A stretch of DNA of 63,470 bases, filler included, from Ministeria vibrans ATCC 50519 (lineage: Eukaryota > Protista > Filasterea), in the NCBI GenBank assembly GCA_943704425.1. It is 11 parts of 11 records of this genome, joined end to end, with 100 filler letters (N's around TTAATTAATTAA, not from the genome) between each part and the next. Parts side by side here need not be neighbours in the genome. Positions count along the whole stretch, not along the records: positions 9,807 to 20,231 come from CALSCP010002330.1; positions 20,332 to 24,822 come from CALSCP010001548.1; positions 24,923 to 35,377 come from CALSCP010001638.1; 8 more parts are not named here. One strand, written 5' to 3'. Positions 14,055-26,358 of the stretch are shown one piece after another. How positions within the stretch are numbered: the first letter of the stretch is position 1; each line of letters begins with the position of its first letter. The notes beneath the pieces were generated by a model. It made no database searches. It was not told where the DNA came from and saw nothing but the letters and a program-made list of their open reading frames with translations. The position numbers and the translations under genes were made by a program.

Positions 14055-15374
14055 CTAGTATTTTTCAACAGTGTAACGATGCCCATCGATGAGGCCGCGT
14101 GGTAGCATCACAAAGTCATGGTTGGAGTCGCGTAGTGCAACACAGTCATCCTACAGAAAATGACGATTAGGCAGAACTTTTTTAGCGGGTCGGAAGCGGT
14201 TTTCGCTCTACCATTCTCCAATGAAATGCCTGTCGTATTGTGGCAAAACATTCCTCTTCAGTGACATCGTCAGATAACTTCACTGTGTGTATCGTCTCTG
14301 CAGCGGACTGAAAACAAAACACGTGGATTCCACATGACGTTATAATTTAGCTATAATTACTAGAGCAAAAAAGCGTGACTGACCTTTTCACACAGTTCGA
14401 TGCGACGGACGCTTGAAGAGTCGGGGAGAGCAGGGCGGGCGGGGAGGGGTCGAGAAGGACGGGAGAGGAGGATGACAGGGTCGACGCCCAAGTGGGGAGA
14501 GGAGGAAGAGAAGTGGGGACGCAGGAAGGGTGCAGGCGCAGCGCTGGTGGTAGGTTGAATGACGGTGGAGGGGGTAGAGGGAGTGGAGGGGCGTTTGGGG
14601 GGCGTCGCTCGTTTCTTGCGCGGCGGTGCAGCTGTGACAGTAGGGATAAAAGTGGAGGAGGAGGTGACGGAGAGGGAGCGCTTTCGAGAGGCAGAAGCGG
14701 GTGCCGAGGAAGACGACGAGCCGCGTTGGCTCTTAACTGCCATGCGTGCCACTGCAAAAAAAAAAATTCCCAAAACAGCCACACGCATACACCCAAAATC
14801 AGCATATACAGTATAATAATACGATGCACACGATTCGTACAGAGTTCGTTGACCACTGGCAAGTGGCCGTTTTCGCGTGCAGCATCGACTGCAAGTGAGC
14901 CATCCTTGGCTTTCACGTCCACTCTGGCCCCATTCTGCAAAAAGAACCCCCCCCGAGACGTTAATACAGAGGGTACACACTCGAGCACAGTGAAAACCTG
15001 AATGAGTGCGAGCACCAGCTCAAGATGCCCGTTGAAGCAGGCGACATGCAACGGTGTGTCTCCGTCCGCATCTGGCTGGTCCACATAGCAGTTCGCCTAA
15101 TACAACACACAAACAGATGCAGTGTGTCAGTAGACACAATACACTCGTGCAGAGCGGAAAAAAGAAAGACAGGAAAATAAAATAAAACACATGGGTAGAG
15201 AGAGAGAGGGAAACCTTGAGAAGGGGTACAACGGCACCCAAGACGCCATCTGACGCCGCCTCGTGCAGTGCATTCCATCCGCCGTTGTCCACTTGATTGA
15301 CATTCGCTCCCGACTCTACAAACTTCCCAATTGCATCTCCATCGCCCCATTTCGCTGCCCAGTGCAATACAGAC
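14055..15374 (-). CDS. Ankyrin-repeat protein with Ser/Pro linker and small C-terminal domain, 5'-partial
   Basis: SVLHWAAKWG, NALHEAA, DGDTPLHVACFNGH repeats; spliced tail ends ...GHRYTVEKY* at 14055. Confidence 0.82.
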
Positions 15375-15622
15375 CTACGTGATGAAAGGTACAAAAGTCG
15401 TCACTCACACACCACAAAGACACAAACGCACACAAACACACACGTATATAGACACGTATACACATACATTATCTATCCCTCTCTCTCTCTCTTAGGCTCC
15501 CACTCTCTTTCTCTGTCTCGGTCTCTCTGTCTCGGTCTCTCTGTCTCTGTCTCTGTCTCTGTCTCTGTCTCTGTCTCTGTCTCTGTCTCTGTCTCTCACT
15601 CTATCACTTTGTTTCTTCCCCC

Positions 15623-15710
<88 letters not shown>

Positions 15711-15740
15711 TTCTGACTCAATTTATTATTTCTGTTGCAG

Positions 15741-16254
15741 TTATCTATCGGAATCCACTGTACATTCGAGCGCACAGCAAGTCGGTGCTGCAAAAGTCAA
15801 TCTACAACGACTCGCTGTTTCTGTCGACGCATAGTGTGATGGACTATTCGCTTTTGGTGGGCATTGACGACACTAGCAATGAGATTGTGGTCGGCATTAT
15901 TGACTACATCCGCACTTTCACTTGGTATGAACACACACATTTGTGATACGAAATGTGATGTGTTCAACTTTGTGTTGTAGGGACAAACGACTGGAGATGT
16001 GGATCAAAGCGTCGAGTGAGAAGTTTCTATCGATTTCGGGTGCGGGCAGTGCCAAGGCACCCACTGTGCAGTCGCCGGAGCTGTACCGCAAGCGCTTTCT
16101 CGAGGCCATGGACACCTATTTCCTCATGGTATGCATTGTGTGAGAGTGTGTAAAAATGTGAGTGTGTGTTTCAATTGACTGACTTGCTGTGTAGGTGCCG
16201 GATCGCTGGACGGGGTTTGGTATGGCGACGAATGTTACACAGTCAAGCAAGTGA
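15741..16254 (+). CDS. PIKFYVE: PIKfyve/Fab1 PI(3)P 5-kinase, last three exons only
   Basis: NDSLFLS...VMDYSLLVG...VVGIIDYIRTFTW|DKRLE...PTVQSPELYRKRF..AM..YFLM|VPDRW. Confidence 0.93.
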
Positions 16255-17511
16255 GAGATGTAGTAGTAGTGTAAATATTTAGAAAAAAATGATTAATCCT
16301 TCAAGTTTCTACTTTTTTTTCACTCCCGCGCTCGTGAACGTCTTTGTGCCAAAAGCTTTTCAAATACAGTACGTGCTACGTTCAATGTTGTTCGATATGC
16401 GTACAGATGCGTCCACTCTCGTTTGATCCGCACCCTTCGCACAAAGAATTCGTGTACGATTTTCGTACGATTGAGTAGAAAGGAATAGAGACTATATACG
16501 CGCTGTGTGTACATTGAGTGTCACCTGTCCTTACAGGCGTATTTTCTGTTGTTTGATGCACATGCAATTGGGGGAACTTAGGGTGAATAGGGAGGAATGC
16601 ATGGAATGCAAGCTTGCGGTTTCTTAGGGAAATGTGACCCCAACGTGACCATTGAAACACACGCAGTTTGTGTACATTGAGTGTCGCCTGTCGTGCCTGT
16701 CTGGAAAAACAACCCAATGGCACAGGCGGCTCTTCTGCTTGCCCTTCGCTTGGGGGGGAACGCGGCCATTCTTGGTTTTTTTTTTCTTTCGTTCCGTTTC
16801 AAAGTTTTCTTCCCCTCCTCTTCCCCCCAAAGAGCCGGACATACCCAAAGACCCGTTCTGTATGTGTGACGACTGTGAGGGTGCGAGTGAGAAACTCTCA
16901 TGTCACTGACGTTGCGTGCTGCTTGTGTATTGGAAGTGTTGTGCACCTTGTGGGGTTTTCCTTTGAATTTCCTTTCCCCCTTCTTTGGAAGCCTAAGCTT
17001 CAAGCAACGTTTCCAACACGAAGCTTGTGAATTGCTCGTCCTGCTCTTCCCATTTCCTTCCCAACAACCTCATTTCCCTCCGATATATGATCCCTCCTTG
17101 ACTGACTCGTTCTATCGTAGACAACTTGACTTCCCTCGGAGATGAATCGACTCTTCCTTGTTGCCGTCGCAATGTCACTTGCGTCCCTGTCACACGCCCT
17201 TTTGACCGACTGTCGGTAACTATTTTTCCTGTAGCTTAGAACGTGGTTCTGGGCTGTTTGTGTTAACGCTATCGCTTTTCGTTTGTGATTTGATCGATGA
17301 TATAACTTGCCTAAATTTATGATAATTATGGAGAAGAAGATGATGATGACTGTGATGATGATTCTTTGTAAATGTTTCAGTTTTTTTATTTATTTTCTTC
17401 TCCCCATTCATTTTCTTCATCGTCCAAGCTCCCATCGCCCATACCGAACCCATGCAATAAGAATATTATTTATTTCTATGAAATAATCAATAATAATTGG
17501 TTTTTTCTTTA

Positions 17512-17852
17512 GATTTGAAGCGTACTGTCAGTCGACTGGAAGCGAGGAGGCGCGGGTTGTCGCACCTACGGGAAACGCCGACGGCGGAAGCAACTCCCGG
17601 GTGATCACTCTGGCGACCAACTTTTACTATGTGCGAGTGCACGCGTGGGCCATCACTGCCAATAGCGGCGATTCGAACCAAGTCAAACTGGACCAATTTA
17701 CTCTGTTCAATTTGACCCCGACGGCAGGTGGTTGCAACCCCCGAAACTTTGGCACCGATACGAGTGAGATCGTCCCTGGCCAAGTTTCGCAAGTCTATTC
17801 CTCTGGAACATGTGTGATTTTGTCGTACAAGGAGACCCATATTACCAATTAA
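17512..17852 (+). CDS. Hypothetical protein, terminal exon
   Basis: GC-rich coding-like ORF after a TTTAG acceptor; no recognised domain. Confidence 0.45.
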
Positions 17853-17932
17853 TGGCAACAAAGCGCGACCAAAATATGAATAAAGAGAACAAAAGATTTT
17901 CTTATAATATTTTTCTGCTCAATCTTTTGTCG

Positions 17933-18931
17933 ATGCTGAGTGCAACCGCCCTTCTCCTACTGCTGCTTGGCAACGCCTTGTCGACTAGCTCCTCGTCCTT
18001 CCAGGTCGTGCAGTATAGTGAACCGGATTGCTCGTTTGGCGGAGCTCAAACCTTTTTGTCCACGGCGCTCTTTCCCTCCACCAACGGCTCGTGCGTGACG
18101 ACACCCGCCTTGGACGATCCTCTATTGGCATACCACCTTGATGTGTCGGCCGATCCGACGACAAACACGTCGCGAGCGACCCTCGGCTTGGATTGCTGTG
18201 CGGACTGTCGCGATTGTTGCGCCGTGAACATGGTCAACGCACAGCTTGGTCGCTGCTACAACGTCACCACGTCCGGTGGTCGCGCGATGGGCATCCGCGT
18301 CATCCATGCGATTGGCTGCGTGTTTCTCGCAGGCAATGCCACGCGCCTCAAGGCGGGTGTCGATGCGGTGTGGCTGACGAGCGAAGACGCGTCCCCCAAT
18401 GCAACAGCCCGCCGCTCTGGCCCGGCTAGGATCGACACGGCCCGCTTTGAGTCTGACAAGGACGTATCGACCTGCCTTCTTGCGCCCAACAGCTTTCGAA
18501 ATGTGTATGCGCTTGAGCAAGATCCAACGGGAAACTGTTCACGACTGCCCGGGAGCGAGATCCACTCTCCCTGGGCCCTCAGGGGCTACTACTCCCTTCC
18601 AAGTGCGGGTGCGCTGGTTGTCAGCGACCACGCCAATTGCTCGTCGTCCAATGGTGCGATTGGCGTTGACGCGTGCGCTATTGTGGCCAACGTCAAAGGA
18701 GGTCGTCAAACGAGTGTTCTTGTGGAGCAGACGGCGACTTGTGCAAATGTGAATCCAGGCGGAGGCGGCGACCACGGGCGCAACGCCCTTGCTGCGATCA
18801 TTGCCGGCTCAACGGTCGCCGGAGTGTGTCTCATTTCTCTCGTGGTTATCCTAATGCGCTGTTCATCGTCATCCAGCAGCCGTAAAAAGGGTGATGGCGA
18901 CTTGGAAAACGAAGCTCTGTTGGTCAATTGA
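17933..18931 (+). CDS. Cys-rich single-pass type I membrane glycoprotein of unknown family
   Basis: Signal peptide MLSATALLLLLLG; many Cys and N-x-S/T sites; TM ALAAIIAG...LVVILM; tail ENEALL dileucine motif. Confidence 0.8.
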   Translation: MLSATALLLLLLGNALSTSSSSFQVVQYSEPDCSFGGAQTFLSTALFPSTNGSCVTTPALDDPLLAYHLDVSADPTTNTSRATLGLDCCADCRDCCAVNMVNAQLGRCYNVTTSGGRAMGIRVIHAIGCVFLAGNATRLKAGVDAVWLTSEDASPNATARRSGPARIDTARFESDKDVSTCLLAPNSFRNVYALEQDPTGNCSRLPGSEIHSPWALRGYYSLPSAGALVVSDHANCSSSNGAIGVDACAIVANVKGGRQTSVLVEQTATCANVNPGGGGDHGRNALAAIIAGSTVAGVCLISLVVILMRCSSSSSSRKKGDGDLENEALLVN

Positions 18932-18987
18932 AAATTAAAAGGAAACTGTGAAACAAACTGTAGTGAAGTATATTTTTCCTTTTTTAT

Positions 18988-20074
18988 TCATGGCGCATCG
19001 TTGGCAGTGCTGACGGTGGCAGCAAACCCATCGAGGCCGCCCAATTGCATGTCAGTAACGAGGTCACTGGTCTCGCCGACGACGTAGAGGCGAGGCAGGC
19101 CGTTGGCGGCAAGAGCGAGCCCGCGGACCTCGTCGATGGACGTCGTCTGGTACGCAATGGTGACGGGTGTGCTGGTGAGAGTAGCGTTGAACTGCACCAG
19201 AATTGCGTCGCGCGAGCCACTGTAGGTTGCTGTAAAGCCCGGCCCAGCCACATACCCGCCAACGTACACTTGAGAATTGCCAGGGCTGTACACAATGGAA
19301 TTTGGCGCATCTAACAAAGTAATTTATTAAGAATTAGTGAGAATTCAAATTCACTCGTATGAAAGCTTGAAATAAGCGACTCAATGTACCGTCGGCGACT
19401 GATCCAAACTGAGCGCCGTTTAGCTGCTCTCCAGTTGCATTGTACTGTGCGACAAAAATGTCCGTTGTAAAAGGAGTTGCCGAGTTTCGATTAGGCCCAA
19501 AGAGATCACGCGCGGTCGCACTAAGAATAAGAACAACAAAAGCAAGAGGGAAAGACAGAAACACGAAGACAAAAACAAATGAGAGCCAGAGAGCGAGCAA
19601 CAAAGAAAAGGATAGAACGTGCGTAGTACCCAGTAACATAAATATGGTCTTCTTCGCTATTGGCAGTGATGGAATAACAGGCGTCAAACGCACGATTAGT
19701 CGAAGCACTGAGAAGTACAAACCAGTCAGCAGAGGGACTGTCGAGAGGGAACTAAAAATATACAAAGATGGACAGAGTCAATGTGGTGATCAAGTAGCGC
19801 ACAATGTGCAAGGTCTTACTTTGGAGATGATGCAGGCTTTGTCTCCAGAAGGAGTGAGCGAGGAGTTGAAGTTGGCGTCAGCTTCTCCCGTCACATACAC
19901 ATACCCATTCTGGAGAGCGAGAGAGAGAAAAAAAAGAAGAAAAGAGAGAAAGGAATTAAGTACGGAGTGAGTTACTGCCCGTGTGTGAAACAGTGTTTTC
20001 GTACGGAAATGACAAGATCTAAATACTCTTCACTGTTCGAACCACTCTCTTCACTCAAACTAACCCATTGGAGG
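18988..20074 (-). CDS. SBBP-like beta-propeller repeat protein, 5'-partial, multi-exon
   Basis: Repeats GYVYVTG, DIFVAQYNATG...QFGS, VYVGGY...DAILVQFN, LYVVGET. Confidence 0.7.
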
Positions 20075-20149
20075 CTAAACCCCCCCCAGAAAAAAAGAAA
20101 AAAAAACAGAGTCAATCACTTGTAACAATTATCAGCACACACCCACACG

Positions 20150-20231
<82 letters not shown>

Positions 20232-20331
20232 NNNNNNNNNNNNNNNNNNNNNNNNNNNNNNNNNNNNNNNNNNNNTTAATTAATTAANNNNNNNNNNNNN
20301 NNNNNNNNNNNNNNNNNNNNNNNNNNNNNNN

Positions 20332-20426
<95 letters not shown>

Positions 20427-20431
20427 TTTAG

Positions 20432-20924
20432 TCAATTGGAGGCCATTGTACGCATCTCAGAGTCACTTGCAAAGATGCAACAGAATGTCAATGTCGAAGT
20501 GGAGCACGTCACAGAGGCCATTCGTCTCTTCAAAGTACACCTACACATTGGAATAGTATTGAATAACGTTTTTGTTCGTGTTCTTCACAGATGAGCACTC
20601 TGGACGCAGCCACCAACGGAGCCATTTCAAGTGTCACGGGCGCATCCAGCTCAGCCGATCCGGTATACTCTATTCGCTTTTCGTTCCTTTCTCCCTAAAC
20701 CCGTTGTTTTATTCAATTATGTGTAGGAGACATTGATGAAGATTGAGCGCCAGCTGCAGCGCCGTCTGCCCATTGGCTCGCAGGCGTCCGAGCACCTCAT
20801 CGTTGAAGACTTCAAGAAACAAGGCTTTGTGGAGAGCGCCATCCGTCACGCCATCTACATTCTTCTGCGTCGCGGTGAGCTCCAGCACCGCCAGCAACGC
20901 AAGCTCCTCCTCCGTGTCCACTAG
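20432..20924 (+). CDS. MCM5: DNA replication licensing factor MCM5, 3' exons
   Basis: QLEAIVRISESLAKM...EAIRLFK|MSTLDAA...IERQLQRRLPIGSQ...LRRGELQHRQQRKLLLR. Confidence 0.92.
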
Positions 20925-21230
20925 CGCTCCAATTCAATACACGCCTTATTTTTTTTATATATATTCGGTCACTTCCTAGTCTGCCTTTTGCACCATATGG
21001 CACAAGCTCCTCCTTCGCGTCCACTAGAGCTCCAATACACGCTTTGTTTTTTTGTTTTGTTTTTTGTTTTTTTCGGCTCTCTCTCTTTTGCACCGTATAG
21101 GGCCTTACACATTATTTACACGACCACACACACACCTCCTCCTCTTTTTTGTCTCTTCCTAGTCTGCATTCTTTCCTTTGTTATAAGAGGGGGGGTGGGT
21201 GTTCTTTTTTCAATGTAAATTTGTAACAAA

Positions 21231-22049
21231 TCACTTGCTGACGGACTCGCGGGTGCTCGAGATGCGGCGGCGCTTGTTGAGAGCGTCCTGGCGCTTGTCG
21301 CGCTGCTCCTTCTGTCGCTTGGCCAACAGCTTGGAGTAGTCGGCAGCCTGGCGCTTGTTCTTCTCGGCACGGTCGCGCTTATCCTGCATCAGCTTGCGCT
21401 TGCGCTGCAGAACCACGGGGGTCACAAGGCGCTAAAAAAACAAAAAAACACCCCCAAAATCGGAAGAAAAAAACGTTAAGACAGCGTACAACCAATAATA
21501 TATCTGATTTTGGCGTACCTGGATCTTGGGGGCCTTGGTCGAGGGCTTCTTGCCCTCCTTCTCAATGGTGCGGCGCACAACGTACTTGCGCACGTCGTCC
21601 TTCTTGGTGAGGTTGAAGAGCTTGCGGATGTTGTTTGCGCGCTTGGGGCCCAGACGGCGGGGCACCTGCTTGTCGGTGACGCCGGGAATGTCCTGCTCGC
21701 CCTTCTTCACGACGACAAGCGAGATGACGCTCAGGTTGCTGTCGACGATGCAGCCACGGACAGACTTGCGCTTGCGCTCGCCTGTGCGGCGCGGTCGGTA
21801 CGCCTTGCTGCCCTTCTTCAGCAGAAGACGGACACGGCCGTTGGTGAGCACACCCTGCACCATGGGGAATCCCTGCTTGTCGTTGCCGCCCGAAATGCGG
21901 AACACGTAGCCCTTGAAGTCGTCGCCGAGGCAGTCGCCCGACACCTCCTGCGAAATACGCTTCTCGTAGAAGGGGCGCACCTTCTTCTCGTCTTCGATCT
22001 CAATCGTCTTCTGACATCCCGTTGCCGGGTAGCTGATGTTGAGCTTCAT
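21231..22049 (-). CDS. RPS6: 40S ribosomal protein S6 (eS6), 2 coding exons
   Basis: [14 protein letters not shown]...[10 protein letters not shown]...KAPKIQ|RLVTP...RRRISS. Confidence 0.98.
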
Positions 22050-22994
22050 GGCGTCTACCAAGAGAGAGACAAGAAAAAAAAATTCAACGATGGAAAAAAA
22101 AAAGAAAAAAGAAAAAAAAGAACAGCTCGTCAAAGAACGAGCGGGTGCTACACACGGGTAAACGGTCGACCACACTCACGGCTGCCCCGGCAAACCCAAA
22201 TCGCCCCCGCAGACATGCGCTTTCTCGACACATGGAACGAACATGCTCAAAAAAAAAAAAAAAAAAAAAAAAAGGCATTGGAGAAAGACACAAAAACGCA
22301 TGTTGTAGGGTCGCGTGTGGGGTCGCGCGAATGCCCCGGTGCATGTGCAGCCCCCTCCGGCCCGGCGCCCCCGCCTGCGCGGCCAATGCGTCCCGTGCAC
22401 AGCACATCTCTTTTTTTCTTTTTCTGTGGGCACTCCTCACAGCCCCCTGCTCGTCACCATCCCCCCCCAACCCCCTCCACAATACTCCACTATCACATTC
22501 TTTCCACGTACCAAAGAACCGAAAAGCGCAGATAAAAAAGATCGAGCGATTTTTATTCAATTGAGAGTTTGAGACTCACAACTCACTCGCCAAACCGACT
22601 AAATCAATGTCTCTACGGTCCGCGAAGCTCGTCAGAGACTCAAAGGTCACAAAGGACAAAGGTATTATACTCCGCACCACTCACCAACGCTGTGAAAAAC
22701 GTTTATTTTTTTCTTTTTTGTTAAGGGGTTGTATTCGCTTTTATTGATCTGAGGAGTAGTACTCAAACTGGGTCTGAGCGGGTCAGCGCAAAGAGGCTAA
22801 CTCTGCTCAGTCCGCAGAGTGAGTGCTTCTTGCCAGGTGCCACCATGTGTCACGTCGTCTTTTTAACAAGACGACATTGAAGTGTGAATAGATAAGTATG
22901 AACTGATAAGGAAATACTTTTTTTTATCCTCCGTGCGACAACCCCCCGTGTCTTGCTCCCCCGCCTCCTCTGTCTCTCTCTCTTTCGCGCTGAG

Positions 22995-24612
22995 ATGGAC
23001 GACGGAGGCTTTGGCGATGGCCTGTCTATATCCACAATGGACTCGTCCACAGGGGCCGCCGAGGAGGACCAGGTCGCTGCGGACTCTGCGCCCGCTGTCG
23101 TCGAACGCGTCGTCGCCGCTGTCGCCGCTACGTCAAGCCCCGCGGCCGCCGCAGGGCCCCTCTCCGCCAGACGGCATGTTCAAGTCTCGGTGGAGCCCCC
23201 GTCGAGGACAGCGTCAAGCGCCGCACTGCCTCCTTCGACGAGCACGCCGTGTGAAAAGCGACCTGCCGACGAAGAGGGCATCGCCACCGAGACCCTCGCA
23301 ACACACGCCGTTGCCCTGCCCCCTGTTCGTCGAAGCGTTGACAGCCAGCGTGCAGAACAGAGCGTTGGGGCGCTTCTGAGCATCGACGCGCAGGAACTGC
23401 GTCGTCCTTCAGTTCTGTCCATGGTTTCCGATTCCTCGTCGGCCATGCCACGCTCCACCGGGCTGCGTTCGCCAGTCGCCTCTCAGTGGCGTCGCTCTGA
23501 CACTGCTAATGCAGTTGCCTTCTCGCCCGTCACCGCACCACAGCCAGCTTCGTCGCCAGACGCCATTGTCGCCGCACTCACCGCCCAGCGCCGTCTTACC
23601 CAGTCGCGCGCCCTTGCTCCCGCCTCCGACCTCTTCGACTTTGCACAATCTCCTCCACCGCCTGGTGAAACTCCGTCGCGTACTCATTCCTTCAGCGCCG
23701 ACGAAGTGCTTGTGCGCACCTCCATTGTTTCCGACCAGCAACAACAGCCTTCACAAAAACTGTCAATCACGCAAGCATCACACGCAGACGAAGCAGTATC
23801 CATTCCGAACTATATGACACGACGCAGATCCACGGTCGCCACCATTGGATCGGGCAGTGGCGGCGGTGGCAGTGTTGCTGGCACTGCTACCAACCCAGCC
23901 GCAGCAGGCAGTGGCTGCGGTACAGCACTCTCGACCTCCAAGACCAAAGCGAACCTCATCCGCGGCACCACATTTGCCAGCAACCTCAAGTCTAAAAGTA
24001 TCGACTCGTGGCAATGGGACATTTTCTCCAACCCACCCGAAGAGAACATCTTCATTGCACTCAACATGTTTGAAGATTACGGCATTCTCAAGGTAGCGAT
24101 GATAAAAGAGTTCCCCCGTCACTCTACCATCCCACTTTGCACGTTTGTTTTCTCTCTCTCTATGGTGCTTTGTTTCTTTCTTTCTCCCTCCTCTCTCTCT
24201 TTCTCTCTCTATCACTTTGTTTCTCTCTCTCTCTATCACTTTCTTTCTCCCTCCTCTCTCTCTTTCTCTCTCTATCACTTTGTTCCTCTCTCTCTATCAC
24301 TTTGTTTCTCTCTCTCACTCACTTTGTTTCTCTCTCTCTCTCTATTTGACCTTTGTATTTTTTCAGATGCTAAACATCAATGGCGACCAGTTTCTCGGGT
24401 TCATGCGAGATGTGCGTGCAGGCTACCACCCTAACCCATACCACAACTTTGACCATGGCTTCGACGTCATGCAGACGTGCTACACCTTTCTCAAGGGCAT
24501 GCATGCCGGTGAGGTCCTCACCAACATGGATGTCATGGTCCTCATGCTCTCCGCCGTCGCCCATGATCTCGACCATCCGGGCCTCACAAACGATTTTCTT
24601 GTCAAGGCGAAG
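22995..24612 (+). CDS. Class I cyclic-nucleotide phosphodiesterase, 3'-partial
   Basis: DSWQWDIF; NPYHNFDHGFDVMQ; HDLDHPGLTNDFL. Confidence 0.92.
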
Positions 24613-24765
24613 GTACTTTCTTCCCGCCTTCTCTCCTCCTTCCTACCTCTTAACAATCCATTCTTTTTTATCTCTCTCTCTCCCTCTATCACTTTGTTTC
24701 TCTCTCTTTCTATCACTTTGTTTCTCTCTCTTTCTATCACTTTGTTTCTCTTTCTTTCTATCAAT

Positions 24766-24822
<57 letters not shown>

Positions 24823-24985
24823 NNNNNNNNNNNNNNNNNNNNNNNNNNNNNNNNNNNNNNNNNNNNTTAATTAATTAANNNNNNNNNNNNNNNNNNNNNN
24901 NNNNNNNNNNNNNNNNNNNNNNTAATAATAATAATTATATATTTCTAATTTCAGTCTCGTTTCCTGAATAACTTTCTTTTTTGCT

Positions 24986-26194
24986 ATGGGAGCCGACGGT
25001 GGGACCATCCCGACACGGGATGAGCTTGTGAAGATGAAGGACAAAAGAAAAACGGTGAGTGAAAATAAACAATTTAAATAAGAAAAAGTTGACTGACTGA
25101 CTTGTTTTGTCTCATTGCTGATCTCTCGCTGTGTCTTTCTCCTAGATGGACAAGTCAGTTCGCAACGCGACGTTTTGGAGACACGACACGGTGACGTCGG
25201 GTCCGCTTGTAGAGCCTATTGGTGACGAAACGAGCGACACAGAAGAGACGACGTTTTCATTTTCCATTGTTAATTTTGCTCTCTCTCTCTCTCTATTTCT
25301 CTCTCTGGGTGGCCAGTTGCCTGCGAGCTGGGCCGGCTGTACAACCGAGAGACCATTCTGGAGCTGATGCTTGACCGCAGCAAGTACGGCGAGCAGGGAA
25401 ACGTCGCACAGCACATTCGTTCGATGAAGGACGTCGTTGCTTTGCGTCTGACGCCCAATCCGACGTACAGCGCAAGCAAGCAGGCGGCCGACGAGGCCAT
25501 TGCGCCCTTTGTGTGCCCCGTCTCCAACCTTGAGATGAGCGGCTTCTACCGCTTCGCCTTTCTCCCGTGTGGCTGTGTCTTCAGTGAGAAGGCACTGCGC
25601 GAAGTCACTGTGACCGCCTGTATGACGTGCGGGCGGCCGTACCAGCCCGACGACGTCACCGTCATCAACGGCTCCAAGGAGGAGCAAGAGCAGCTTCTGA
25701 ACAAACTGGTACGTGTAGCCGAGCGCACTGCTCAGAGCCACTTCGTCATTCTTCTCTTTCACCCTGTCTAGACTGCAAAACGTGCGGCAAAACAAGCGGC
25801 GAAGAAGGCGCGCAAAGCCGCCACTGCTCACTCCGCCTCCGCCACCACTACTACAACGACTTCTACCACCATTTCCACCACAGAAACAGACAAGACACGC
25901 GCAGGGCCTTCCTCAACCGCCACTCCTTCACCCAACACTTCCCAAGTCTCGAAATCCGTTCCTAAAAATCTCAAGCGCAAAAATGTCATTACCGGACCCG
26001 ACATTGCGCCCAGCGCCACCAAAATTCTTCGAACTGAACAACACTCAAGCACAAAGCAACCGTCAGTCTTACCCGCAATGGACGACGCGTCATCGAGTGT
26101 GTACAAGTCACTGTTTGAATCGGAAGCGCAGAAACGCACAAGAGAGAGTCAGAGGAGTTCTCTCTTTCAGAGAGGCGCAAATAAAATCGTATAA
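24986..26194 (+). CDS. RTF2: Replication termination factor 2, 4 exons
   Basis: MGADGGTIPTRDELVK; VACELGRLYN; FVCPVS..EMSG..RF...CGCVFSEKAL; C-terminal VYKSLF. Confidence 0.93.
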
Positions 26195-26358
26195 GAAAAA
26201 TTTTATGCGTGTGTGTGCAAAGCCCAATTCTTTAAATCTTATTAGTTTCGAGTGTAAAGCGAAGTAAAAAAAAAGAATATAATCGAGAACAGTAATAATT
26301 CTTTGTTTTATGATATACAAAAATTAATATTAATTAATATTGAAAGTATTATCAAGGG

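Noticed and set aside
22060-22500. Possible snoRNA in the RPS6 5'-UTR intron
   Set aside because: No convincing C/D or H/ACA box pair found by eye
21510-22535. 341-aa plus-strand ORF and similar long shadow ORFs (26352-27485, 33503-34555, 11543-12370, 57880-58623)
   Set aside because: Antisense or alternate-frame shadows of GC-rich real genes
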